IMG/VR virus record: IMGVR_UViG_3300036770_008442
Location: 64,255-128,254 of that record
Direction: 5' to 3' (one strand)
Source: a virus
DNA: 64,000 bases
Below, piece by piece: positions 39,079-49,300 of this stretch. How positions within the stretch are numbered: position 1 is the stretch's first letter; every line of letters starts with the position of its first letter. The translations under genes were made by a program, and so were the position numbers. The notes under the pieces were generated by a model, which saw only the letters and a list, made by a program, of their open reading frames with translations, had not been told where the DNA came from and did no database searches.

Positions 39079-39106
39079 AAAAAAGCCACCCCAATAGGGT
39101 GGCTTT
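39079..39106 (-). terminator. Intrinsic terminator
   Basis: AAAGCCACCC-tattg-GGGTGGCTTTTTT on the minus strand, after the 39135 gene. Confidence 0.8.
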
Positions 39107-39134
39107 AAAAAGAGCGTAGGATTTAGGATAACAA

Positions 39135-39665
39135 CTAAACTAGGTTTATTCCTTGTTGTGCTGCTGCCAGTTCTTTTTCTAGGTTTTGTATCTCCCTGGC
39201 ATCATTCTTAGCGCTTTCCAAAGCGATCTCAAATGGCTTAATCATAGAAATAAATTTTTTAGCTTCCTCCAAACCAGTCCCAGATCTCTTTGACAGGAAA
39301 TAATGACTAGCTTCAAGAGGCAAAGCGTTTAGAAAAACAACATTATCTTTAATATCGCTTTTTTTCAGTCCATCCAAAATTTTACAAATCTCTATAATTC
39401 CAAGGGCTTCTTTTTCCTTCCAAGCTGCATCATTCTTCATAAATTCCTTAAATTCCTCGATTTGTTCCTTGGAATCAAATTTTACAGCATAAACCTTTTC
39501 GTACAATTTTTTCTTTGCATCAATTAAGGTTTTTTCAGCATTTTCAATTCTACCCTGATCTAATTTACTTATCACATCAACTTCATCCGAATTGATGGTA
39601 TTTACCTCAGATGCTGCCACCGAAAGAACTCTTGGATCTGATTGTTGTTTTCTATTTTTAGCCAT
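39135..39665 (-). CDS. Hypothetical protein (176 aa)
   Basis: ORF preceded by GAAACA-N16-TAAAAA (39683-39710). Confidence 0.75.
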   Translation of the reverse strand: MAKNRKQQSDPRVLSVAASEVNTINSDEVDVISKLDQGRIENAEKTLIDAKKKLYEKVYAVKFDSKEQIEEFKEFMKNDAAWKEKEALGIIEICKILDGLKKSDIKDNVVFLNALPLEASHYFLSKRSGTGLEEAKKFISMIKPFEIALESAKNDAREIQNLEKELAAAQQGINLV

Positions 39666-39708
39666 TTTGTTTTTTTATTTTATTTTTAGAAAAAATCATT
39701 TTTTTGTT

Positions 39709-40512
39709 TCATTCAGATATATCGAAAATATCAAATTCCTCCCGATTATGCTCAAGATAAACTTTCAGTCTATCTCTTAGATCTTTTACTGGATAAATCT
39801 TTGGTAATCCAGATGGTCCAATGTGACATAGAAACCCACCGTCTGTTTGGATCCCTGCTTCTTCCTCAATAATTAATCTATAGAGACTAATTTGGATTGA
39901 ATATTCGTTATGGGAATTTTCATATAAATCACTAAAGGGGTGTAACAATTTTTTATATCTTCCCTTATGATGTTTATCATCTTTAAATTCCTTGTTTGTT
40001 TTCCAGTCACCAATCAGGAAAAGAACCTTGTTCTGTTTTTGATCAAACATTAAAAAAGGCTGATCGACAGTTCCTGCAAGTCTCCATTTTTTAGAAAAAA
40101 CTTTGAGTTCGGATTCTAGAGGAATCAAATTTTTAAATTTGGATTCATAGATAGTCATAAACTTTTCTATTCTATCTTTTAAATCTGGACTATCGGGAAT
40201 TTCCGGATTCAGTCCACTCCAAAAATCTTCAATCCATTTATGGACAGCTGTTCCTAAAAAATTAGCATCATCCGTTTTATCCTGCCATTCTTTTTTTACA
40301 ACCTCTGCATCTACTCCTCTCTCTGCTGCTTTCTTTTGAGACCAGTATTCTCGATCAAAGGGAACCTTAAATTTTTTTAGAAATGTAGTAACAGAATCAT
40401 ACTTAACCCCACTAAAATGATAGGTGTGATTAGATTCATTAAAAACAAAATTTGGATTTTTAAAAAAATCCAGTTTCGATTGATAATCTTTTTTAATTTT
40501 AGATAAATCCAT
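39709..40512 (-). CDS. PD-(D/E)XK exonuclease (Cas4/RecB/lambda-exonuclease-like)
   Basis: SVTTFL, GTAVHKWIE, LAGTVD, IGDWKTN, YSIQISLY. Confidence 0.85.
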   Translation of the reverse strand: MDLSKIKKDYQSKLDFFKNPNFVFNESNHTYHFSGVKYDSVTTFLKKFKVPFDREYWSQKKAAERGVDAEVVKKEWQDKTDDANFLGTAVHKWIEDFWSGLNPEIPDSPDLKDRIEKFMTIYESKFKNLIPLESELKVFSKKWRLAGTVDQPFLMFDQKQNKVLFLIGDWKTNKEFKDDKHHKGRYKKLLHPFSDLYENSHNEYSIQISLYRLIIEEEAGIQTDGGFLCHIGPSGLPKIYPVKDLRDRLKVYLEHNREEFDIFDISE

Positions 40513-40516
40513 TCGA

Positions 40517-40966
40517 TTAAAACAGGACCTTGATTGAGTCCCAATTGTAAATTATAAGAATCGTAACAAAAATCTCTATCATAATTCTGGCTATCCAGAT
40601 CCATGATAAATGTCTAAAAAAATAGTAATAGATAACCAGATAAGAGTCACCGTTTGTTTCCTCAATCGGCTTCAAAATTGGTGTCAGAATTTCCTGAAGA
40701 TTTAATTGAGTGAGATATTCATTTACGGGCTTTATCTCCTCAAACACAAATGCAGGTCTAGCATCAGGTGGAAAATCCCGAGACATTGTAACCTCAGGTG
40801 GTAAATTTACTACGGTGTAAATTCTTCCTATCCAATCATATCTTAACCTTAAACGAGTCCAATATGGAGAATTCTGGGATTCTTTTTTAATCAGGGATCT
40901 GTAATCCAGATAGACTTTGAGTTCTTTTAATACTTGGAATATTCTCAGGAAAGCAAAAATTCTCAT
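40517..40966 (-). CDS. Hypothetical protein with a C-terminal TM helix
   Basis: DWIGRIYTVVNLP; hydrophobic C-terminus. Confidence 0.7.
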   Translation of the reverse strand: MRIFAFLRIFQVLKELKVYLDYRSLIKKESQNSPYWTRLRLRYDWIGRIYTVVNLPPEVTMSRDFPPDARPAFVFEEIKPVNEYLTQLNLQEILTPILKPIEETNGDSYLVIYYYFFRHLSWIWIARIMIEIFVTILIIYNWDSIKVLF

Positions 40967-41583
40967 TTATTTTTGTTTTGTTTTTTCTCGAGATCCTCCA
41001 TTTTCTTTCTAATTTTAGTTCTCGCTCTTCGTATCCTTGTAGCAATGGATCTCTTTTTAATTCCATACTTATCCGCAATATCCTTGTACTTCATTCCGTG
41101 TATCTCCCGATCTATCATGATATCCCGATAGAGAATAGGTAAATCACGAATTTCATCAATCACCTGCTCATAAACATCGTCAATATCAGATTCATTCGAT
41201 AAAAATTCCCATAGAGGATCTTTCTCTATGTCATAAGAAGGGTTTATTTCTTCGAATTTAGCAGATACATATTCAATTTCTTCAGACCCGTGTGAAACAT
41301 ATCTGCTTCTGCTTTTAAGCAACAGAAGAGACTCATTTCGAGCAATATTATAGCACCAGGTTGAAAAATTGCCTCTTTCTGTATCGTATTGATCAATCTT
41401 TGTCCAAACCTTGGACATAGCATTCATAAAAGCATCCTGGGCAAGTTCAAAATCCTTCAAGATTGTATAGCAATGGTTCAAAACACCAGGCTTTACTCTC
41501 TCATAAAGCGGATTAAATTCCCGCTGCTCTCTTGTTCTAATGAACTCCTCCGCTAAAACCTGGATATTTTTTTCTTTTGCCAT
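40963..41583 (-). CDS. ECF-type sigma-70 family RNA polymerase sigma factor
   Basis: Region 2 AQDAF...VW..IDQYD...NFSTWCYNIARN; region 4 LP..YR......GMKYKDIA..YGI...SIATRIRRAR. Confidence 0.9.
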   Translation of the reverse strand: MAKEKNIQVLAEEFIRTREQREFNPLYERVKPGVLNHCYTILKDFELAQDAFMNAMSKVWTKIDQYDTERGNFSTWCYNIARNESLLLLKSRSRYVSHGSEEIEYVSAKFEEINPSYDIEKDPLWEFLSNESDIDDVYEQVIDEIRDLPILYRDIMIDREIHGMKYKDIADKYGIKKRSIATRIRRARTKIRKKMEDLEKKQNKNK

Positions 41584-41598
41584 TTTGTACTTCCTATT

Positions 41599-42165
41599 TT
41601 AATTCTTGAGCCTTATTATTTGAATTCCTGCTTGGAATAAAAAGGCTAGAGAATCCGTCTTTCTATATAAATCACGAAAGACAAGTTTTTTTATTCCCGA
41701 TTGTATTATGAGCTTAGAACACTCAAAGCAAGGGGAAACGGTAACATACAAGGTTGAATTATCCGAACTTTGGGTGCTTCTAGCAAGTTTAGTAATAGCA
41801 TTTGCCTCCGCGTGAAGCACGTGCGGAAGTGTTATGTTATTTTCATCCTCGCAATCGTTTGGAAATCCAGAAGGAGACCCATTATATCCATCGGATATAA
41901 TCATTTTGTTCTTTACAATTAAACTCCCAACCTGCATTCTTTTACAATGAGAATTTTTAGACCAAACATGAGACATCTCCAAATAGATAATGTCACTTTT
42001 TTTATCCTTCAAAGAATATGTTGTTTCGTCTATTTCCTGTAAATCAGGCCTAAAAACAAAAATTTCATCCTGAGATGGATTTGCGATCCAAGACATTTCC
42101 GAATATTTATTCAAACCTGAAAAAAAAGCACTAGATTGGATCCTTAGAAGATTGGGACTAGACAT
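41599..42165 (-). CDS. dCMP deaminase
   Basis: SHCKRMQVG, GYNG.P.G, HAEANAI, SPCFECSK zinc motifs. Confidence 0.92.
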   Translation of the reverse strand: MSSPNLLRIQSSAFFSGLNKYSEMSWIANPSQDEIFVFRPDLQEIDETTYSLKDKKSDIIYLEMSHVWSKNSHCKRMQVGSLIVKNKMIISDGYNGSPSGFPNDCEDENNITLPHVLHAEANAITKLARSTQSSDNSTLYVTVSPCFECSKLIIQSGIKKLVFRDLYRKTDSLAFLFQAGIQIIRLKN

Positions 42166-42200
42166 AAAGGTGGTTATGTGTGAATTACTACTTGCCTATT

Positions 42201-42208
42201 CAAATATA
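42201..42208 (-). promoter_or_regulatory. Candidate host (Bacteroidota sigma-A) -7 element TATATTTG
   Basis: Exact TAnnTTTG match upstream of the dCMP deaminase-ECF sigma operon. Confidence 0.45.
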
Positions 42209-42249
42209 AAGGATAGGGACGGATAAAAAAAATGAATGAGTATGAAAAT

Positions 42250-43893
42250 TTAAAACTGATTCGAGTACGGACGATATGGGTCTTCTTTAGATGCACTCAT
42301 AGGACCATTTAAGACATTGAATATACCAGATAAAAGAAATTTTATTTGCTTCAGGTCATCAGTGTATACTACGTTTTCCTCTGATGATTGGTTTTTTATT
42401 TCTTTCTTATTTTTACCAGGATTACCTGTCATCGAATCTGAAGATTTCAGAGTCGTACTAGATTGGGTAATTTCAGCAGTAGAAGGTTTGGGCATTGATT
42501 TTTCCTGTGTTTCCGATGAATTTACTTCTTCTCTTCTCTGAGGATTTAAAGAACCTAAAAAATTGGTTTCTTTCTTCATCTCAACCCTATCCAAAGCTCT
42601 AGATACAGATTCCTCCAATTTTTCCTTTCCTTTTAAAATAGATTCTCTAAGATTAGGAGCAGATTCAGAGATCTTGCCGACTACTTTTTCCATCATGGAT
42701 AAATTATCACCCCCCTTCAGATCCTTATTTGAAGATGTATTATCCAAAAAGTCGGGGGATTCTTCCACAAAAACATCAGATTCCCCAGTAGCAGAAATTT
42801 TAGAAACAGGATTGGAAAGTCTCTGCAGGTTCTCTAATGAAAAATTGTTCGGAGATGAATTAGATATTCTAAATCGATCAAGTTCTTCTTTTAGATAAGA
42901 AGGTTCTTCTACCAAACCTTCTTTCTCCGAAGCTCCCAATTTCTTCACATATTCCATAAATTGGCCAGCCAGGTTCTGGTCCTCAGTCAGGTTAGATAAA
43001 GATTCAGAAATCTGCTTTATTAAAGGGTCCGATTGATCTACAGCGAGTTGTCCGATGTCAATAGAATTACTTAAATCTCGATTCCGGACTAATCCTGGGG
43101 ATTCTTTAGAAAGAACTAAGGGATTATTAAGATCTAGTAGTTGATTTAAATTTTTAGAATTTTCCTCCTGGGTTGGGGATATTTTATTCTTTAGATCGAA
43201 GGAAGCTCCATCAACAATAGCCTGGCTATTTTCAGGATTCCCAATAAGATCAGGGATCTTACCTGAATTATTTTTTTCAGAAATACCTAAAAGCGCCTCT
43301 TCCAATTTTCTCTGTTCAATTTCTCTTTGTTCAAAACTGTTCTGAATATTTCCTAAAATTTCCTCGGTTCTTTTTTCCTCTCTTGGAATTGGGGATTCCA
43401 AATCAGGATTTGTGGTGATAACATTACTTAGATTTGATTGGACCAGTTTCTGTGGAGTTTCTCTTTCAGGAATAGGTAATTTAGATCCCTTGATAATTTT
43501 CGGGGGAGATTCAGAAACTAGGTTTTCCATCGTCCTGTTTTCTGAATTTTTATTTTCAAAAAGATCTATAGCCTTCGAAAATTCATTCATAGAATCCTTA
43601 AAAAATTTAGACACATCAAGAGGAGATTTTTTATTAGTATCCCGATCCATATTGTCTAATTTTTTCGAGATGGAATCAGTAAATTCTCGAAACAATTCCT
43701 TCTGATTTTTGGATTCTATGTTAACCCTGTCATCATCAATTCCTTTTTTTTTCTTCTTTTCATCTTTCGCTGAATTTTTTTCAATCCTATCAACCTTTGA
43801 ACTGTTATCTCGAAGTTCTTTATAAAAGATATCCATATTTTTATTTAGAAGAAGCATTTCCTCTAAAATTTTATTGGTATCTTTTCTGGTCAT
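42250..43893 (-). CDS. Low-complexity late protein, candidate tape measure / baseplate hub protein
   Basis: Follows the tube and chaperone genes; 547 aa, Ser/Asn/Glu-rich; GATATATA at 43912-43919. Confidence 0.45.
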   Translation of the reverse strand: MTRKDTNKILEEMLLLNKNMDIFYKELRDNSSKVDRIEKNSAKDEKKKKKGIDDDRVNIESKNQKELFREFTDSISKKLDNMDRDTNKKSPLDVSKFFKDSMNEFSKAIDLFENKNSENRTMENLVSESPPKIIKGSKLPIPERETPQKLVQSNLSNVITTNPDLESPIPREEKRTEEILGNIQNSFEQREIEQRKLEEALLGISEKNNSGKIPDLIGNPENSQAIVDGASFDLKNKISPTQEENSKNLNQLLDLNNPLVLSKESPGLVRNRDLSNSIDIGQLAVDQSDPLIKQISESLSNLTEDQNLAGQFMEYVKKLGASEKEGLVEEPSYLKEELDRFRISNSSPNNFSLENLQRLSNPVSKISATGESDVFVEESPDFLDNTSSNKDLKGGDNLSMMEKVVGKISESAPNLRESILKGKEKLEESVSRALDRVEMKKETNFLGSLNPQRREEVNSSETQEKSMPKPSTAEITQSSTTLKSSDSMTGNPGKNKKEIKNQSSEENVVYTDDLKQIKFLLSGIFNVLNGPMSASKEDPYRPYSNQF

Positions 43894-43930
43894 TTTATGG
43901 AATTATTTTTTTATATATCGGGAATAAAAA

Positions 43931-44194
43931 TCATCGATTAGAGAAATTAAAAAGCTCGGTTTTTCCAGATTCATTAAGAGATTTCTTATTTTCTTTCTCT
44001 ATAAAAATATTAAGTTTCTCTATCCAAATCTGATATTCATAAAAAGGAATGGATTCAATCCATTCGGGATTAACCTCGTGTTCTTTCCAAAGTCTAAATT
44101 TTAGTTCAAAATAATTCTCCAAAGATATCTGAAATAACGAAAAGAGATCTGAACCCTCCGGGAAAGTAAATAGGAGCAGTGATCTCCCCATCAC
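43931..44194 (-). CDS. Small ORF overlapping the hub/chaperone gene (possible frameshift extension or TTG-start gene)
   Basis: LENYFELKFRL...IESIPFYEYQIWIEKL resembles the small T4-like hub-assembly/tail-chaperone C-terminal module. Confidence 0.6.
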   Translation of the reverse strand: MMGRSLLLFTFPEGSDLFSLFQISLENYFELKFRLWKEHEVNPEWIESIPFYEYQIWIEKLNIFIEKENKKSLNESGKTELFNFSNR

Positions 44195-45122
44195 TGCATT
44201 TATCGCATTTTAATTCTACATTTAGTTTTGTTCCAATCCGGATCTTCTCTGTCAATTGAAAATAAGCAGAAAACTCCTCCTTGCTCCAATTATTAGACTC
44301 GATCATGGCCTCTCTAATTTTTTTATCATCCAGATCCCTCCAATCGTGAAAATAAAAGGGAGCTATTTTCACAAAACTCTCATCTACTGGAATATTCTGT
44401 TTAACTTGTTTTCTGACCCAATCTGTAATGATTTTAGAAACACCAATGGAAGGGATAGACATTCTAATAGTTTTTCCACTTCTCTTAATTCTAAAAACAA
44501 ATCTCCTTTCCTCAGACGAATAAAATTTCATGAGGTTTGGATCTATTTCATAATTACTCAGAACGCCGGTTCTTAATTCTATTGCTTCTATCCCCGGACA
44601 TGCTTCATTCGAACATTTTTTCTTTGGTGTTATGATAATTCTATTTTCTCCCTTTACGAAAGTAAGATCCCGAATTGCCATAATAATAAAAAATCTATCC
44701 TCCTGTTTAAGATCCCGATATGTGACAACACCAAAGGATCCAAATTTTATCCGGGAGCATGAGTCTAAAATCAAGTTCAGTTTCTCGTCAAGATCTAGCA
44801 TATCTCCTTCATCAATCATCGAAAATAGACGGATCTCCTTGACCTCTGCAGGTCTAATAGCTATTTGGGTTTCTAATGGATAAAAAAGTCCTCTGGATGG
44901 AAGAATACCCACAGGTAAATTTTTCCATCCTAAATCCACAATTCCTGGAGAATTAGATTTCGTAAAATCCTCCTCCGGTATAGAATTCTTTTTATCAGTT
45001 ACAAGCTGATCCGGATCGGGTGGCAGATCTGTAACCGGCGCATCAGTCACATCATCAAACTGGATCCCACCGGAAATTTCTTTTTGTTTTAAAATGTCTT
45101 CAGGAGACAAAAAATTATCCAT
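44106..45122 (-). CDS. Baseplate hub assembly / tail assembly chaperone (gp26/gp51-like)
   Basis: LPSRGLFY...IRPAEVKEI, DRFFIIMAIRDLT, two Cys pairs (CSNEAC, CDKC); follows the tail tube genes. Confidence 0.65.
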   Translation of the reverse strand: MDNFLSPEDILKQKEISGGIQFDDVTDAPVTDLPPDPDQLVTDKKNSIPEEDFTKSNSPGIVDLGWKNLPVGILPSRGLFYPLETQIAIRPAEVKEIRLFSMIDEGDMLDLDEKLNLILDSCSRIKFGSFGVVTYRDLKQEDRFFIIMAIRDLTFVKGENRIIITPKKKCSNEACPGIEAIELRTGVLSNYEIDPNLMKFYSSEERRFVFRIKRSGKTIRMSIPSIGVSKIITDWVRKQVKQNIPVDESFVKIAPFYFHDWRDLDDKKIREAMIESNNWSKEEFSAYFQLTEKIRIGTKLNVELKCDKCSDGEITAPIYFPGGFRSLFVISDIFGELF

Positions 45123-45187
45123 ATTGACTTTTTTCTATTATATAACAGAAAAGTCATATTTCTCCAAAAAATCAAGAAATATTAGAA

Positions 45188-45766
45188 TCAGAGGAAAAGA
45201 TCCTGCCAATAATCAGATTTCCAAGTTGTTTCCAAAGTGTAAATGGAATCACCAGCATCGTAGCTTAGTCCCATGGAATTGATTGCCTCCACTGGAAAAC
45301 AATTATTCAGATTTACCCTTCTGAAAACATCTCCTTGTTTATTAAAAATAGAAATTATCATAGATCCAACATAATCCCTTTTTAATCCCATGGCTCCCGT
45401 CAAGGGATTGTAAATAAGATCAGACCATTGGCGTAGAATCTTATAAACAGTCATGGAATTATTCTCATTTAAATTTACCTCAAAGGACACGTTGAATTGA
45501 ACATCAGAAGTTGAGGGTTCACCTCCTGAATACCTTCTTTCTGCGAATTTGTAAAACTGGGTAACGGGAGCGTTGGGCTGAAGATCAATCTGAAGGGCGC
45601 TGATGTTTTTAACCTGCTGGGTTAAAATGCCTTCTCCATTAAAAGTCACATTAGCTTCAGTTATAGCAGCTGGAGGATTAATTAAAACCTCGAACTGGTT
45701 TAAGAATACAGGTTCGTAATTATTCCTGGCTGCTTTTGAATTATTAAAATGAGGTAAACCTGCCAT
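45188..45766 (-). CDS. gp19: Tail tube protein, gp19 family (paralog 2)
   Basis: EPVFLNQFEV, LRQWSDLIYNPLTG..G.K.DY, CFP...Y; follows the sheath gene. Confidence 0.85.
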   Translation of the reverse strand: MAGLPHFNNSKAARNNYEPVFLNQFEVLINPPAAITEANVTFNGEGILTQQVKNISALQIDLQPNAPVTQFYKFAERRYSGGEPSTSDVQFNVSFEVNLNENNSMTVYKILRQWSDLIYNPLTGAMGLKRDYVGSMIISIFNKQGDVFRRVNLNNCFPVEAINSMGLSYDAGDSIYTLETTWKSDYWQDLFL

Positions 45767-45781
45767 TTAAAAGAATTTTTT

Positions 45782-46336
45782 TTAGAGAAATAGATCTTGC
45801 CAATAATCAACCGCCCAAGTCATGTTTATCTCGTATAAGTTAGTACCATTCACATAATCGAGTTCCATGGGATCAATAGCTTTTAAAGGAAAACAGTCTT
45901 TACAAGTTATTCTCCTAAAAACATTACCGTTTTTGTTGAAAACTGAAATTATAATGGTTCCTGTATAGTCTGCTTTGACCCCCTGAGCTCCTGTTAAAGG
46001 ATTATAAATCAAATCTGTCCATTGTCTGAGGGTTTTAAACACATACATAGAATTTGCATCATCCAGATTAACAGTGAATTTAAGAGCAAGGTCTAATGTT
46101 GTAGTGTCAGGTTTACCACCTGCATAATTTCTTTTAGCAAACTTATATTTTTGAGCAACAAATCCTGGGTTTTTATCAACATCAAGACCACCAACAGACA
46201 CCACATGTTCTAATAGAATAGGGCCTCCTGCAACAGCAGCAGGTGGTACAACATTCACCTCAAACTGATTGAGATAAACAGGCTCAAATTTATTGATCGA
46301 ATTCAGTGAATTTTGATAATGTGATAATCCAGCCAT
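45782..46336 (-). CDS. gp19: Tail tube protein, gp19 family (paralog 1)
   Basis: Near-colinear paralog of 45188..45766; GATAAATA at 46356-46363. Confidence 0.85.
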   Translation of the reverse strand: MAGLSHYQNSLNSINKFEPVYLNQFEVNVVPPAAVAGGPILLEHVVSVGGLDVDKNPGFVAQKYKFAKRNYAGGKPDTTTLDLALKFTVNLDDANSMYVFKTLRQWTDLIYNPLTGAQGVKADYTGTIIISVFNKNGNVFRRITCKDCFPLKAIDPMELDYVNGTNLYEINMTWAVDYWQDLFL

Positions 46337-46384
46337 TTAATGATTTTGATTTTTATATTTATCTAATTATCTCAATTTTTCAAA

Positions 46385-49300
46385 TTATACAAACTGAATA
46401 AATCCACCCGAAGAAATACCTCCAGTTCTAGTAACAGTAACTCTATTAATAAATTTCTGGATACCTCTTGCGGGTTCTATGATAACGTCGATAATACCAA
46501 TATTTTGGTCTATGATAGCAGGGGTATTATTAGAAGAATCCATAATAACCTGGTAAGCATAAATGCCACCTCCTGCTCTTACACCATCTAAATAATTATC
46601 TACCAGAGTTTTAATTTCTAGTCTGATTGAATCCTCGTTGAAATCAAAGAGATAGTTAGCAAGGATTTCTTCAACATCAGATTCTAAGCTAATTAAAAGA
46701 TCCCTGACGTGAACTAGATTAAACGCAGAATTTACTGTTTGGTATGCTGTCTGGTTTCCAAATATAACTACTCCGATTCCTCTCTTTTTAATTAAGGGGT
46801 TAAGACCCACTGGCTCGAGCCAACCTCTATCTGAATCGGTAAAATCATATTCAACTCCAACGAGGTTGGTGGCAGATATAATTCCTCTTTTTTGACCGGC
46901 AATAATATTGTAAGGTTCACCATTTGAAAATTTTCGAACAAAATTATTGGAAATGTATGCAGCCGGAGGAACATTAATATTCTTGTTGTTCTCTCTAATC
47001 GTTAAATATGGTGTATAGAAAGCTGCAAATTTAGCTCCCTGATCCTCAGTCGGTAAAGAGAATGTATAAGAAGGATTAAGCGATAAATTTCCGCCCTCTG
47101 AGATGTACTGAGCTTGTAAAGACGGTGCTGGATTAGCTGGGGTTGGAGCATTTGTAAATCTAGGATCAGTCGAAGATCTAAACTGAGCCATTGAGGGGGC
47201 ATTAATCAGGGCCAAAGCCTTCTGCCTCATCATAGCCAATTTACTCAATTGATATTTAGAATTGGGTAGGATTTGACCACTGAAGGTATCCACAATATAT
47301 CTAAAGCTTATAACATCCTTAGTTGCCAAAGTTGCAGCTATATTGGTGTCATACATAACGTCCAGAATCTCAGAAACTCTAGCATCAGTTCCATTAGGTC
47401 TATGAGAATCCTTCATTGTAAATCCGTTGAGGTAAGTGAAATCAAAGGATCTGGTAAACTGGGGGATAGACTTGAATTTCTGAACTTGGAGAGGACTACC
47501 AGCATAATAGAGAACCGGTCGAGCAGTAGTAACTTTAACTATTCCTGCAGTTGAGGTTTGAGCTACTGATGTGACTTTGGTCAATCTGCCCTGACGATTT
47601 GCTCCTTCAGTTTCACAAATATCCAAATCTGTCGATACTAAAAGATCTCCAACAGAAATAGGAGAAGATGGAGAGGATGATATAGTGAAATTAGTTGGGT
47701 CAATTTTAGTAACAACACTGACGTATTGATTAATCGATCCAACAGAAGAAACTATGTCAGTTTTTCCAGCAGAAACTGTATTACCTATATTATCAGAAGC
47801 GTAAACACTACCAAAAGCTGGGTAGTCCTCCAATTGCGATGGATTTTGTCTAGCTTCATTATTGAATGCTCTTGCATAAGAGATGTTGTATTGATCTCTA
47901 TCTACAGTATTTTGATAGGTGATATAATTAATACTGGTTCCAGTATCATTTAGCCAGAGCTGATCCCCATCGGCAAGTTCACCATATAAGAGATCCTGAT
48001 AGAAAGGAGTTTCAATCTGTCCAATTAAAGCATTGGAAGCAGTTCCACCTGTGACAGAGGCCACACTGACAATATCTAAATAATCAGAAGCTACTATTTG
48101 GAAATATCCAGGATTAACATCTCCGGTTGCTCCGTCTAAATCAGCATAAGGTTCAACTGAAATGCCCTGAGCTGAATAAGAGGGAGTATCTAAAGGATGA
48201 GAGAAAGTTAGAAGAACGTTTCCTCCAGTTTCAATAGCTCCAGATATTTTAAGTTTAACCAGATCATTTTCAGAAAACTGATTAATCACAGTTCCAGTTA
48301 ATCCAACGATTCCTGTCAGTTTACCAATAATATATGGTTGGGATGTAGCTGTCGGTGTTGCAAATTCAACAAGTGATTGTTTTTGAACCGATGTTAAAGT
48401 ACCGGAAGAAGAGGTGACGATATAATGAAGTCCCCCGTATTTCAAGGCCGGGTCATAAGAATCAAAATTAGAAGTAGCAATACCAGCAGTAGCTCCACCA
48501 GAGTAAAGGGTAAACAAAGATCCAGTTTTAATAGAAGCTGTAGCTCCGGTGGCACTATCTGTTATTGTATTAACATTCTGAGAATATAGATAATCTGCCA
48601 ACAAGTTTTGATCATAACTTAGAAAGTTCAATCGGGCATCAACTAGATCTCTATCCGAAGTTAATTCATCGATTAGGTGATTCCCTACCAAATCAATCTT
48701 GTATGGATTGCTACAAATATTATCCAAAGCCTGCTCATCAACAGCACAGAAGAGTCCAGTTGATGGGGTATTATTATTAATCAGGGTTTGGATGTATTGG
48801 TTATTCCCATTGAGATCGACAAAATCAGGAATTAAACATCCGGTTTGATTAACCACTATATTGACATCAGGCTGGGATAAAAAGCTAACAATCTGACTTT
48901 TGATGAAACCATTTCTGGTAAAATAAGAGCTCCATCTTGGATCCAATGAAAGTGTTTCATAATCCGTCCAATCTCCAGAAACTGCAATAACGTCTATGAA
49001 ATAGTCAGAAATATAATCATATGGATGCATAAAACTTGGAACGTTATCAGCTCCATACCAATCAACAGCAAAAACATCGAATCCCTGTAAAGGTGGAGTT
49101 GCATCCGTTGATTTTCTCACAATAACACTCATGGATTCTTTTCCAAGATTCACAAGGTTAAAGATTCTACCGGTGTCTACAGATGACATGGTAGCCAAGA
49201 AATATTCAGGGTCTGCAAACCAAAATCTCTCCTTATTAAAAAATGAAGAGTAAAGTCTAGATGTTAAAACGCCATTGGATTGTTCTGTATCTACAGAATA

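Noticed and set aside
39709-40512. Cas4-like nuclease as part of a CRISPR-Cas system
   Set aside because: No repeat-spacer array or other cas gene was seen, and it lacks the Fe-S cysteine set; ordinary phage PD-(D/E)XK nuclease
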